A stretch of DNA of 64,000 bases from Macrostomum lignano (taxonomy: Eukaryota): positions 1 to 64,000 of the forward strand of contig NIVC01001345.1 of assembly GCA_002269645.1 (NCBI GenBank), in the 5' to 3' direction. A model generated the notes under the pieces. The model was not told the origin of the DNA, ran no database searches, and saw only the letters and a list, made by a program, of their open reading frames with translations. Position 1 is the first letter of the stretch. The number at the start of each line of letters is the position of its first letter. Shown one piece after another: positions 11,795-23,700 of the stretch. The translations under genes were made by a program, and so were the position numbers.

Positions 11795-14700
11795 ATGTCC
11801 ACTGCAGTTCAAAGAAACACAAGTCAAGCATCGAATTCAAAGTTTCGTAAACCGGAGCTTATTTTTCGCATTGAGAAATTAGTTTCTGGTGATCCACTAA
11901 ATGACTTTGCTATTTTACCAAAAGAAACAGGAATAATTGCAGTCTATGAAGACAGGCAAGTTGACATTTTTGCTAGTTGACAATTTATGGCATATAACTA
12001 GGCCCTAGCAATACAATAATTGTCTTGCATACTTAGGCCTATGCATTTTTGTCTAGTTTGACCAGTAAAATTTTATAAAAAAATAAAATTCATAAATTAT
12101 ATACCACATTTGAGATCATATAGGCCTAAGATTTATAACATAGGAACTCTAGATTAGTCAATAGTAAGTTGGCCATTACATTAGTATTATTAGTATACAA
12201 TTGGCTGTTATTTTAGTATATATAGCTATAAGGTCTATTTATTTCCATAAATTATAATTTAATAAATAGCCTAAATTTTAAGTATACAATGATGCAAATC
12301 ATTAAAGAAAAACTTATTTGAGTTAAAAATGAATCAAAAAGTAAATGAGATACTATTATGAATAATAAGGTTTAACTATTATTATAAGGTTTAACATTAT
12401 TAAAATGTTATTACTAAAAGTTATAGAAAATTAATAATTTATATATCTGCCATGGATATAGGTTTTGATATGCTATAAAAATATAATAAGATATGGTTAT
12501 AAATATAGATACAATATATTTTTGTTAACAAGAACTCTAAAAGGATTTTTAGACTTGGTAAGCCTACTTTAACAAAGACCACATTGGCAAAAGATATATA
12601 GCTATTTTAGCAAAGTATACTTTTATTACATTTTAATTTTTTATTAGATCTATTTAATAGCATTCTTAGAATATAAAACAATAAAAACCATTAATAAAAT
12701 TATCAACAAAAAATTACTTAAGTAGTAAAATTATCAAGTAATAAGGTACTTATTATTTTTAGGTATTATATACGAGGGGCACTATTAAAGTTCTGAGCCT
12801 TAATATGAAAGAGAGGAGATATGGGCAAAGTGAGATCAGCTTTTCTCAACATAGTCTCCCCCAACCAAGATGCACTTATGGCATCTTGATCGCAGCGCCT
12901 CAATGCCACTCTGGAAGAATTGCACCGAGCAGCCCTCAAACCAAGCAGTTGCAGCATCCTTCAGCGCATCATCAGTGTCAAATCGCTGTCCACGGAGCGC
13001 CCGCTTGAGATGTGGAAACAGGTGGAAGTCGCTCGGGGCCAGGTCTAGTGAATAGGCTGGGTGCGGCAGTTCTCGAAACCCTGCGACACTGACAGCAGCC
13101 TTGGCAATCCTGCTAGTGTGGGCCGGCGCATTGTCGTGCAGCAGCACAACACCTCGGCTCAGCATCCCTCGCCTATTTTCCTTGATTGCTTTGCGCAGAC
13201 GGGCGATCAGGTCAGCGTAGTAGGCGCCTGTGACTGTCTGCTTGTGCGGTAGAAAGTCCAGCAGCAGCGGGCCCTTGGCATCCCAGAAGACGGTGAGCAT
13301 AATCTTGCCCGCACTGCATGCAGTCCGTGCCTTCAGTGGTGCAGGTGAACCAACTGGCAGCCACTGCTTGGACTCCTGCTTGGACTCGGGATCATGGTGA
13401 TGGATCCACGTTTCATCCCCGGTCACGCAGCAGGACAGAAAGTTGGCAGGGTCCGGATCGTAGGAGTCCAGGACAAGCTTTGAGTACTGCACCCGTGCGG
13501 TCTTTTGGTCCCTTGTCAAGATTCGTGGGATCCATCTGGCAGAAACCTTGGACAGATGAAGATGCTGGTGCAGGATCTCAATGACTTGCGGGTCAGAGAG
13601 TCCAGTGTCTGCCGCAAGTTCCCTGACTTTCACCCGCTGGTCAATGTCAACCAGAGCCTGGATGCGCTGGATGTTGTCGGCAGTGACAGCAGTCCGGGGT
13701 CGTCCACATCGGGGGTCATCTTCGAGCGAGTCGCGGCCACGCTTGAACTCGGCTGCCCAGCGCTTTATGGTGGCGTATGAGGGGGCAGCGTCAGCGTACA
13801 CACTAGCCATGCGGCTTTGAATTTCAGCAGGCTTTGAGCCCTCCAGAGTCAGAAATTTAATCACTGCCCTGTGCTCAAGCTTCAATTCTTGAGAAAATGC
13901 CATGGGGTGCTGGAAATAAAATGGTGCAGTGGGACTTAGGGAATGCAGAAAATTCTGAAAAGTTGACAATAGACTATTAACATGTGGCGCTTTTAGAGCC
14001 TAAAGTTTCAACACTTTGCCACTATAAGATCTTGGTCAGGCTCAGAACTTTAATAGTGCCCCTCGTAGATTAGTAAAAAAGTTCTCATTAGCTAAATGAT
14101 TTGGAAAATTAGGTTCTATTGTAATTTTTCCTTGTCAAAAAAGTAAATTCCAAAAAGGTTAAAAAATCTCTATTAGAGCCTTTAAAATACAAAAAGTCTA
14201 AAACCATAATTTTAACTCTAGTATCTAAGACATACATGCCCAACACCCATCCGACCCATCCAAACTAGATGGGTGAAATGGCTGCCGCCCAAGCCTGGCA
14301 AAAAATAACTATGCATTGTTTTCAGTTAGGAGTTAGGAGACCGCATGGCCCTAACTCACAAGAGTAACAAATACGGTCAAAAAATGTGCTAGTAGTTATG
14401 TTTGGGGTCAAACCTCATTTTCCTTTGACCGCAAATCTCCAAGTTTTGCGTATTTATTGCAGTCAAATTTGTCCATTGTTTTGTAGTCAAATGTAGTCAA
14501 GAAAAGTGGTCAAAATACGGCTAAGAAGGCTATGCAGTCCAAATGCAGTCAAAATTTGGCAGTTAAGCATGCAGTTAAGCTGCAGTCAAAATGTGGTCTA
14601 GATGTACTGTATATCTCTGTCTCTTTGTGACTGAGCTCCATCTTTTCCCTGAAGAAAGAGGAATTAGGAATTCGTGGAAGAGGAATCAACTATTTAATCA

Positions 14701-17700
14701 AATGAATAAATCATGAAAAGCTAAATCATAAACTGTCATAGAAAAGAACAGTAAGAATGGCAGAACGGCAAAGAATAGCACCAATATGCTTTACTATATT
14801 TGCTAGATGTAAAACAAAATGAAAACTACAAAAGTTGAGTGAAAGCAATTAAAACTAAAGCAAATATTAGAAGATGTAATACAAAAATTGGCTGTCAATG
14901 TTTATAGAAAAACGAGCATAAATGCTGTTTATAAGCAGAAGCATTCAGTTTTGGTACAGTTTTTTAGGAGAAAGTCAGTCTAGAGACATTTGATTGAAGC
15001 TTTGATTGAATTCTAGGCTGACTGTTGCTAGAATTTTGAGGCACAGGAAAAAATAAACTGCTTATTATATCTCTGGCCAAGGCTGCTACATGGCTCCGAT
15101 ATCCTGTGAAATGTGAGTTCAATGAAGTTTGAATTTGAATAACTGTGGTTCAGTTCTGTGCCAATTTAAAATCTGAAAATTCTAAAAATTCTTAGGTTGT
15201 GCTTTAATTTTTAGACTGACTTAACTCTTGAATATACTGCCACTTTGGGCGCATATACAATTAAGCTAGGACCTAGTGCAACAGGTCTTCTTGCGCCACC
15301 ACAAAGTCATGCATGTCACGCACATAACTGTTGGTGTTTGATGGGCCAACAGAGGCTGTAGTGGCGCTGCCGACATGGCCAGTATAGTTGGCATTCAACG
15401 GGCCAGCAGAGGCTGTAGCAGCCCTGCTGACATGGCCAGTATAGTTGGCGTTCAACGGGCCAGCAGAGGCTATAGCGGCACTGCTGACATGGCCAGTATA
15501 GTTGGCATTTGATGGGCTAGCAGAGGCTATAGCGGTGCTGCCGACATGGCCAGTATTGCTACCAGTGGTAGAGGTCTTAGCTTTTATTATTCTTTTATTA
15601 CAGGGCATGCCCAGGTGCCTGCGTGCTGTTGCCATGTTCCGCAGCAGTTCCACGGCTCCAGTGAGCACCCAATCTTCCGCATGAATCGCTCCATGTGACC
15701 AAGTGATGTGCAGTTGGCTGGAGTGCTCGGGCTGTTGCCAACCTTCTGGCCAGTCACATTAAGGCAGGTCAGCTGCACATCGCTGAAAAAGGTGCGAGCA
15801 AGAGTCCGCACAAGCGCCCACTTGGCAATTTTTTGCGCCAGTTTAGTTTCTCCACTTCAGCCACATTCACAGTGGTCACCAATGCCTGCAACACTTCCTG
15901 GATTTGTGCAACACGGCTGTCGCACTCCTGGCACCAACCTACTTCTACCAGGACATAGGGCATGTCCTCTGCCAGAGGGACAAGGCCAGTGGACTCGGCT
16001 GGTTTGGGATAGTGATGAGGGTGACCAGTCAGTCAGATGAGTTAGAACGATTGCACTGTAAGTATTTGCAGATCTCACCTGGTGTACTGTGCGGCAGCAC
16101 AGCGACCCGGTTGGCACTCCAGCCCTCTCCACTAGCAGTGGCAGCAGTGTTATCGACCAGCATAGCTTCGGCTTCAAACGATAATCGGCGATCTGCATCA
16201 GGATCGATGTCGATTCCTGGTGCAACATGATCCTGTGGGCCATCGATCGCCTGTAAAGAGGAAGCTGCCCGCTGCATGTGAGCGACTGCCTGTGCGCATC
16301 GCTTCTCCTGTAGGGCACGAAGGCGCTGCTCCTCGGCTAAAAGCGCTTCCAGCGCCGTCTCCCGACGCGACAGGTAAGCGACCTGTTGTTGGAGTTCATT
16401 AGCACGGGCATCTGCGTCCTGCAACTGGGCCGTACGGCGCTGCAACTCGGCCCCTGTGGCAGAAAAGGTGACACAAATAAATGAACGAAACGAAACGAAC
16501 ATCGACGTTGCAACAACTAAAGGTGACAGCGGGTGTTCACTTATTAATTACCTTTGGCGTCGGCCAGGTCGCGGACGCGGGACACTTCGAGCTGCAGGTT
16601 GCGGCAGGCTGGACACCCTCGGGTCAGCTCGGGCTGTGGCACCTCGCGACGGCTAAGGTTTGTGATCGCTAGCGCCTCCTCCCTGGTCGTTAGCGGGCCC
16701 CGGACAAGCACCCCAGGCCACCGCTTCGCCTGCCTGCATAATTATTTAGATCGTTTTTGCATACCGCCAGTCGTATATAAACGGGAAGCTATACAGAAGC
16801 TATACGCGCGCCATGCGCATGAAATCCGTTTACACGTACCCTGATTTGGCCACCACCACTTGGACTTGACTGCCGACTTTCACGGGCAGCGGGTCGCTAC
16901 GGTGGAGGGCCACGATGCGGCCGCCGGTGTGGCAGCGTCGAGACTGGCTGCCACTCGCGCCTATCCTCCGCGAATTCTAACACAAACCAGCGCACCTCCT
17001 GCTCCGGTTTCACTGGCCGGTATTCCGCAGCGGTCGATGCAGCAGCAGACACGGCGTCGGTCAATGCCTCAGCAGACACGGCGTCGGTCGATGCAGCAGC
17101 AGACACGGCGTCGGTCAATGCCTCAGCAGACACGGCGTCGGTCGATGCAGCAGCAGACACGGCGTCGGTCGATACAGCAACAGGCCGCCTGTTGCCGATG
17201 GGCAGCTTGGGATCGGAGCTGCTCGTTCCTTTTTTGGCGATGCTTCCTGGCATCCTTCCTGGCACCGGTCGAGCTAAGCTTGTCAGCCTTTGGCATGCTG
17301 CAACTGTTTTGGTGGAACAGCAACTACATAGTAAGTTAACATACATGTCTAACCAGCAGCATTCTACCTGGAACACCACTTCCGACCCATTTTTCGTCTT
17401 GAAACATACTGAATAATATGCTTAACTAAATATATAGATTACGTATCTAAGTGATGTCCAAATTGATCTGTCCGAAAATATGAGGTAGCAGAAACATTGT
17501 GGCTACAGTACGCTAGTCAGATTGTTCAGAAAAAAACTGTGAAAGTTAGCATGTAGCACTTTAATAAATTTATTAACGGTAAAGGTAAACGGTAAACATA
17601 ACTTCTTTATAAGCGGAAAGTAAACACAGCGAAAACAGTGCAAATCAATAATTAACCTAGCGCAACCTAGGGAATCACCCGGCCGTTTCTATTGGCAACA

Positions 17701-20700
17701 CACACGTAAGTCGCTATTGGACAGAATAATAGTCATGTGACTGCTCTCAGCCAATAGCGACTTACATGTGTGTGTTTCCAATAGAAACGGCCGGGTGATT
17801 CCCTAGGTTGCGCATGTATGCGACGGTGTAGGAGACGTCCTCCTTGTCTGTCGGACGCATTCCCTCCACGAATTCGCGGTAAAGTACACTGCTGTGGACG
17901 TCTAGTACGCCTGAGGGTCAGTAGGGCGGATTAACACAACTAAATAGAATACCCGGTACACCAGCTGCGCTGATTTCAAAATGCTGCTGTCATAATTGTG
18001 ACAGACTTAATACCTGGAACTGGTATGCGATCCACCGGGAAGGTAACGTTCGCAAGCAATCCGTCGCATTCGACGTGCGTCCTAATTTGTCTCTTGACGT
18101 CGAGCACCCAGAAGTTGCCAACGTTGGTACTGCCACAGCGGGAGCACACATCACCCGGTCGACACGAGCCGGTCGAATTGCTGGCACACGCACTGCAGAT
18201 GGTGAAGCACTTGGACGTACCCAACACACTTGTGGACGCATTGGTGTACGATGTCAGTTTATAGACCGTGCGAGGCAAAGCGTTGTCTGGTACAAGCCGA
18301 TGTAGCAGGTTTAGAAGGCGCTGGACGCCATTTTGCGACAATGCAAGGTCGCGCCTGCCCACTTGAATCTCAGAGACCGCGTCGCCCAGAGTGACAGGCA
18401 GAGATGCGTGGAAGGGAACGTTTAGGAGCTCCTCGGCAGCGCCAGCATTGACTGGGTCAGCGGCATTCTCGGCCGCGACAGCGGCATTCTCCAGCTCCGC
18501 GGCCTGCAGCTGCTGATCCAGCTCCATTGCCGTAAGATTGAGATTTTCGTCGCCATCGGCCACATCATTTGTGGCATCAGACGAGTCGTCGCCCGTCTCG
18601 TCAGAGTCTGTATGATCGTATGAGTCGTCCACCTCGACGACATCGTCCTGGCCCGTGTCATCAGTGGACGTCGATGTTTCATCCACCGACACCTTTGAGT
18701 GGTCACCGTCAGTCGATTCAGTCGAATCACTGACGTTGGGAGCGCCATCGACGCTAGCAGAGCCGACCTCGTGATCGACGGATTCGGCGATGGATGCATC
18801 CTGTTCTTCCGGAGATAGAAATATTGCAGGAGATCGCGACCGGTCTCGCGATGTTCCAGGCCTACTGGCGGGGCCCGTCGCTTGACCGCCGGGCCGTGGC
18901 GGGTTTAGTGCAACCCTAGCCCAGTAGCGCTGCATGTACAGTCTTCGCGCTGTTTGATCGGGTGGAGAACATTTGCTCATGTTCGCATCTGCAATTAAGG
19001 GGTTCCATGTGCAAAGGGGTGCAAAGAAAGATAAATGTATGCTGGAGTATATGTTTACTGGACCATATATAAACTATCTATGTTCTGTATCTATGTAGAA
19101 AGGGTAGGAGGGGAATGTAGAGAGGGCAGTGGGTAGTTGCGTTGCTCTTTTGAAAAAACTGAACTAAAAAACTCAGTTCTAGTTCTCAGTTCTCAGTCCT
19201 ACGATCTTACATAGAAATGGAAAAACCTTGAAATGCTGGGCAATTTACTTGGCACCTTAACCTTCAACACTGAGGTAACAATAAATGCACAACGGACTAT
19301 GAAAGCGGCATAAAGTGTATTATAAACTGGAAACTGTCATAGAAGCGTCATGTAAACAATCATAGAAGCGTCATGTAAACAATCATAGAAGCGTCATGTA
19401 AACAATCATAGAAGCGTCATGTAAACAATCATAGAAGCGTCATCAAAAGATCATAGAAGCCTCATATAAAAACTAATGGAAGTGTCATTTGAGAAATCAT
19501 AGAAGCGTCATGGAAGAATAAAAGAAGCGTCATGTAAAAATCAAAATAAGCGTAATGTCAGACATGAAAGAAGTGTCATGTAAAAATTAAATGAAGCTAT
19601 TGTACTGTGCTGGGGAGAATTACTGAGATGTCAAGGCTCACGGAGAATAACTGAGATTACGGGGTGGGGGGGGGTTTCTGAGATGTCAGAGAAGCAAAGA
19701 AGCAAACGTCAGAAGCTACTTCAAAGTGCATGTAGTTTACTCAATTTTTTTATTACATTCTTTGTTGGCTCGCTACGGGGGGCGCTGATAGAAGAAGAGT
19801 CATGTAAAAAAGAAAAGAAGCACTATGTATACATAAAAGAAGAGTCATGATGTCGAAGTTAAAAGATTCATTTGGGAATTGCTACGATGCCAAGGCTTGG
19901 AGGGAATCGCTATAGTGCTGTGATTCTTAATAAGGAATCACTAAAATGTCAAGGCTTAGGGGAGAAGAATTGCTGAGATTCAAGGCTTTAGGTTGGGTTA
20001 AAGTTAGGTTTAGGTCAGGTTTGGGTTGAGGGTTAGATTTTAGCGGGTTTCAAGATTAACAGGGGATTTTTCAAATATCAAGGTTTATGGGGGCATCGCG
20101 AACATGTCAAGACTTACGGGGGGAATAGCTAAGATGTCAAGGCTCACGGGGGAATAACTGAGATGTCAAGGCTAAATTCACAAGCTACATGTAGTTTATT
20201 GTAAAAAAATTTCATTATTTGTTGGCTTTTCACGGGAAGGATCGCTGATAGATAAAGTGTAATGTAAAAAAGAAGCTTCATGTCGAAGTTAAGAGATTCA
20301 TTTGGGAATCCCTACGAGGTCGAGGCTTGCAGAGAATCGCTATAATGCTGTAGTGCTATAATGACTCTCGGAGAGAATTACTGAAATGTCAATGCTTTAA
20401 GGTTAGGGTTAGGGTTAGGGTTAGAAGGTTAACAAATTTTTTAAGATTTCAAGGCTTATGGGGGGAATTTCTGAGATGTCAAGGCTTACAAGGGACTGCT
20501 GAGGTATTCACAGGTAGGAGGAATTCAAGTTAAATGCAAAAAAATTGCCCATAATCGGTTTTTTGCTCATGGGATAGAATTTGTACCCCTGATTCTAAAA
20601 TGACCTTCCATGAAATCCTAACTGATTGGGTTCGCGAGATATGCTCATAATTAAGTTTTTACCATAGATATGAGGCAGTCCAACAAGCAAAACTCGCCAT

Positions 20701-23700
20701 TCAGGGATAAGTTGAATGTATTTTGTCCAAAACAGTTCTCACCACTGTGAATTCAATTTGTATTGAGTGCATGTATGTTTAATCATACTTTTTGTAGGGT
20801 AAAACAAAACAAAAAACTCAAGGCAACTTTGTTAAGTGTGCGATGTTACAACTGATGCTATGCTGTACATTCTTAGTGTAAAGAATTGGCCTCTTCTATA
20901 TAAATAAGTTTGATTCTCTAAATTAGAGAAGATAACAAGTATTGTACAGTCTTCTAAGTCTATTTACCACCACGATCATGAAATATGCAATAAAATCACC
21001 TGACGTATAATCGATAAAAATATGTACATTCAACCCGCCACCATTAAACGGCAAAAGGCAAAATTTCGCTTGTGATCACACTCACACGATTTGCACATTA
21101 TTTTTTATCGATCCCTTTATACCTAAATCATGAGCAGTTGCTCAATTTATGGTGATGTAAATGAGTATTTAGAGCATTTTAGAATATTTTGTTTCAATTG
21201 ATCAACTGTCCAAACAAATTTCTTGTTTTTACTCATCAACTACAATGCCAAAGAAAAGAAACCACGAAGAAAATCTCCAGGCACTGTGTGCCATGTGTCT
21301 TCGAAGAGCGCATCGCCCTTTGACGGAGCATCAGATTGAACTAATTCAATCTACAGTGTACGAAGGCTTCAAGGTAGAACGACAATATCTTCCATCTGGC
21401 ATATGTGACGGCTGCAGAAGGAAGCTTTCGTCTTTGTCCTGCCCAGATTCGCGACCTATTCCAGTCCTACTGGCGTATGACCAGATAGTTACCGACCTTC
21501 AGTCTCTGCCGCCTGCAACTCGTGGCAACCCTGACTGCAACTGTGAGCTGTGTAGCTTGGCCAGCTCACACAGGAGCAGCAGTGCAGTGCCAGACACCAA
21601 ATACTTGGCCACAGGTCCACCAGCAAGCCGAGGTCGTCCTGCTGCGATTCAAAAACTCTGCTCGCATTGCATGTCACGGATCGGACCCGGCCTGGAGCAT
21701 CGCTGCAATAAAACAACCAAATTAAAGAATTTGCGAGACAAAATATCTCCTCTTACCAAGCACCAGCTGGCTAGCTCAGTCATCAAGGAGTGTAATGAGG
21801 CTGCAGCAGGTGGTATTGTACTAAGTCAAACTGCTGGTAAACCTCTTCGAGTCAAGGTAGCCTCTAGCTCAGCCGCTGAACCTATAACAAGTGTTTCTAG
21901 GAAAGGACATATAAGCCACGAAACAATTTCGGCTTTGAAAGTCGGGCTTAGTTTAAGCAGCAAGCAGACTCTAAAGCTGGCCAGCATTCTTAGGTTAGGT
22001 GCAGGCCGGAATGTGATCGAGCCTAACCTTCGTGAAGAGCTGCAGAAGAGAGGCCGCTGCCTAACAAGCTTCTTCACGTTAGTTCAGCTGCCATTCATAC
22101 GTTCATCTGGACAGACTCAGGAGGTTTCGAGACCAAGGCCAGCCGTGATCTGCTCCGATCTTCAAGGTTTGCTAAATCATATTTGCACCGAGCGTGGCAT
22201 CGAGAACAGCTTTGTCAAGATTGGAATGGAATTGAGGAGGCTCTCTGAAAGTTGTGCTGACTGTGACCGGTGAGTCTGAGCCTGCAGCATCGCCAGTAAA
22301 GAAGTTAGCCTGCAGCCGCCAGTTTCTCAACTCTGGTGTTAAAAAATTAATGATCATCGCTATTGCTCCTGATGTTAGTGAGACTTATCTCAACGTTAAA
22401 CTACTACTGGACTCTCTGAATCTACAGGCGATTTCGTTTACTGTTGCTTGTGATCTCAAGCTTGCCAACATAGTGATTGGCTTGCAGAATCACGCGGGAA
22501 TGTACCCATGTACATGGTGCGAGGCAAAGGCTCCATTCGCTGCGGATGGTCTGACGCGCACATTTGGCAGTGTAACAAAGAATGCAGCTGCCTTTTCCGA
22601 AGCAGGCAATGATTTGCGATCGGCCAAGCTTTTTAAAAGCTGTGTTAACAAACCCCTTTTGTCTGGTGGAGAAGATGAGCCGATACTCAACAAGCTGCCC
22701 CCACCTGAGCTGCATCTTCTCATTAGAGTTGTTAACAAGATCGTCGACTCGCTTGAAGCTGACGGAGGTCATGTACTCAGCTGGGCTGCAAGCCATAACA
22801 TCGGGCGCGCTGACTATCGCGGAGGATCATTCAAGGGCAACCAGTGCCACGCAATCCTGCAACTAGCTGATGAACTGACGAGCATCCTGCCTGAGCAGCT
22901 GAAGCAGTTTGGTGAAGCCCTTCAATGCTTCCGTGAAGTGGTACACGCTTGCTTTGGGGAGAAGCTACAGCCTGAATATGAACAGCTGATTCAGCAGTTT
23001 CGAGAGTCCTACTGCAAGCTACGTCGTACCTATTAGAGTGACACCAAAAGTTCACTGCGTGTTCGTCCATGTGGTCGAGTTTTGCAGACTGCATGGCAAA
23101 GGCCTGGGCACATTTTCTGAGCAGGCTGGTGAAAGTGCTCACCATGATTTCAGTAAAGTATGGCAAAACTTTAAGCGCCGGAGTGGTGACCCAGCGATGG
23201 GACAACAGCTTCTACAGGCCACGGTACAATATAATAGCTGTCATTTGTAATTGCTTGTAAAACTAAAAATGCTCAATGACAATCTATTTGAATTTACAGC
23301 TCAATATCTATTGCATTACAGTTTTCTGTTTTGGTTTAGACTTAGAAAGATTAGCCATTATCTTAAAAATTCTATAGGTAAATAATGATAATAACTATTA
23401 ATTTGCTGATTCACTGTTTAAATTAAAATATATATTTTGAAATAGTGTCTGAACTATGCACACTACAAGTTGAATTCACAGTGGTGAGAACTGTTTTGGA
23501 CAAAATACATTCAACTTATCCTTGAATGGCGAGTTTTGCTTGTTGGACTGCCTCATATCTATGGTAAAAACTTAATTATGAGCATATCTCGCGAACCCAA
23601 TCAGTTAGGATTTCATGGGAGGTCATTTTAGAATCAGGGGTACAAATTCTATCCCATGAACAAAAAACCGATTATGGGCAATTTTTTTGCATTTAACTTG

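Noticed and set aside
20401-20424. True telomere or chromosome-fusion site
   Set aside because: Only about 4 units, embedded in a larger repeat, with no head-to-head inversion.
20757-21244. RAG2-like partner gene in the Transib-like element
   Set aside because: Only ~490 bp and ~220 bp lie between the transposase and the TIRs, with no ORF.
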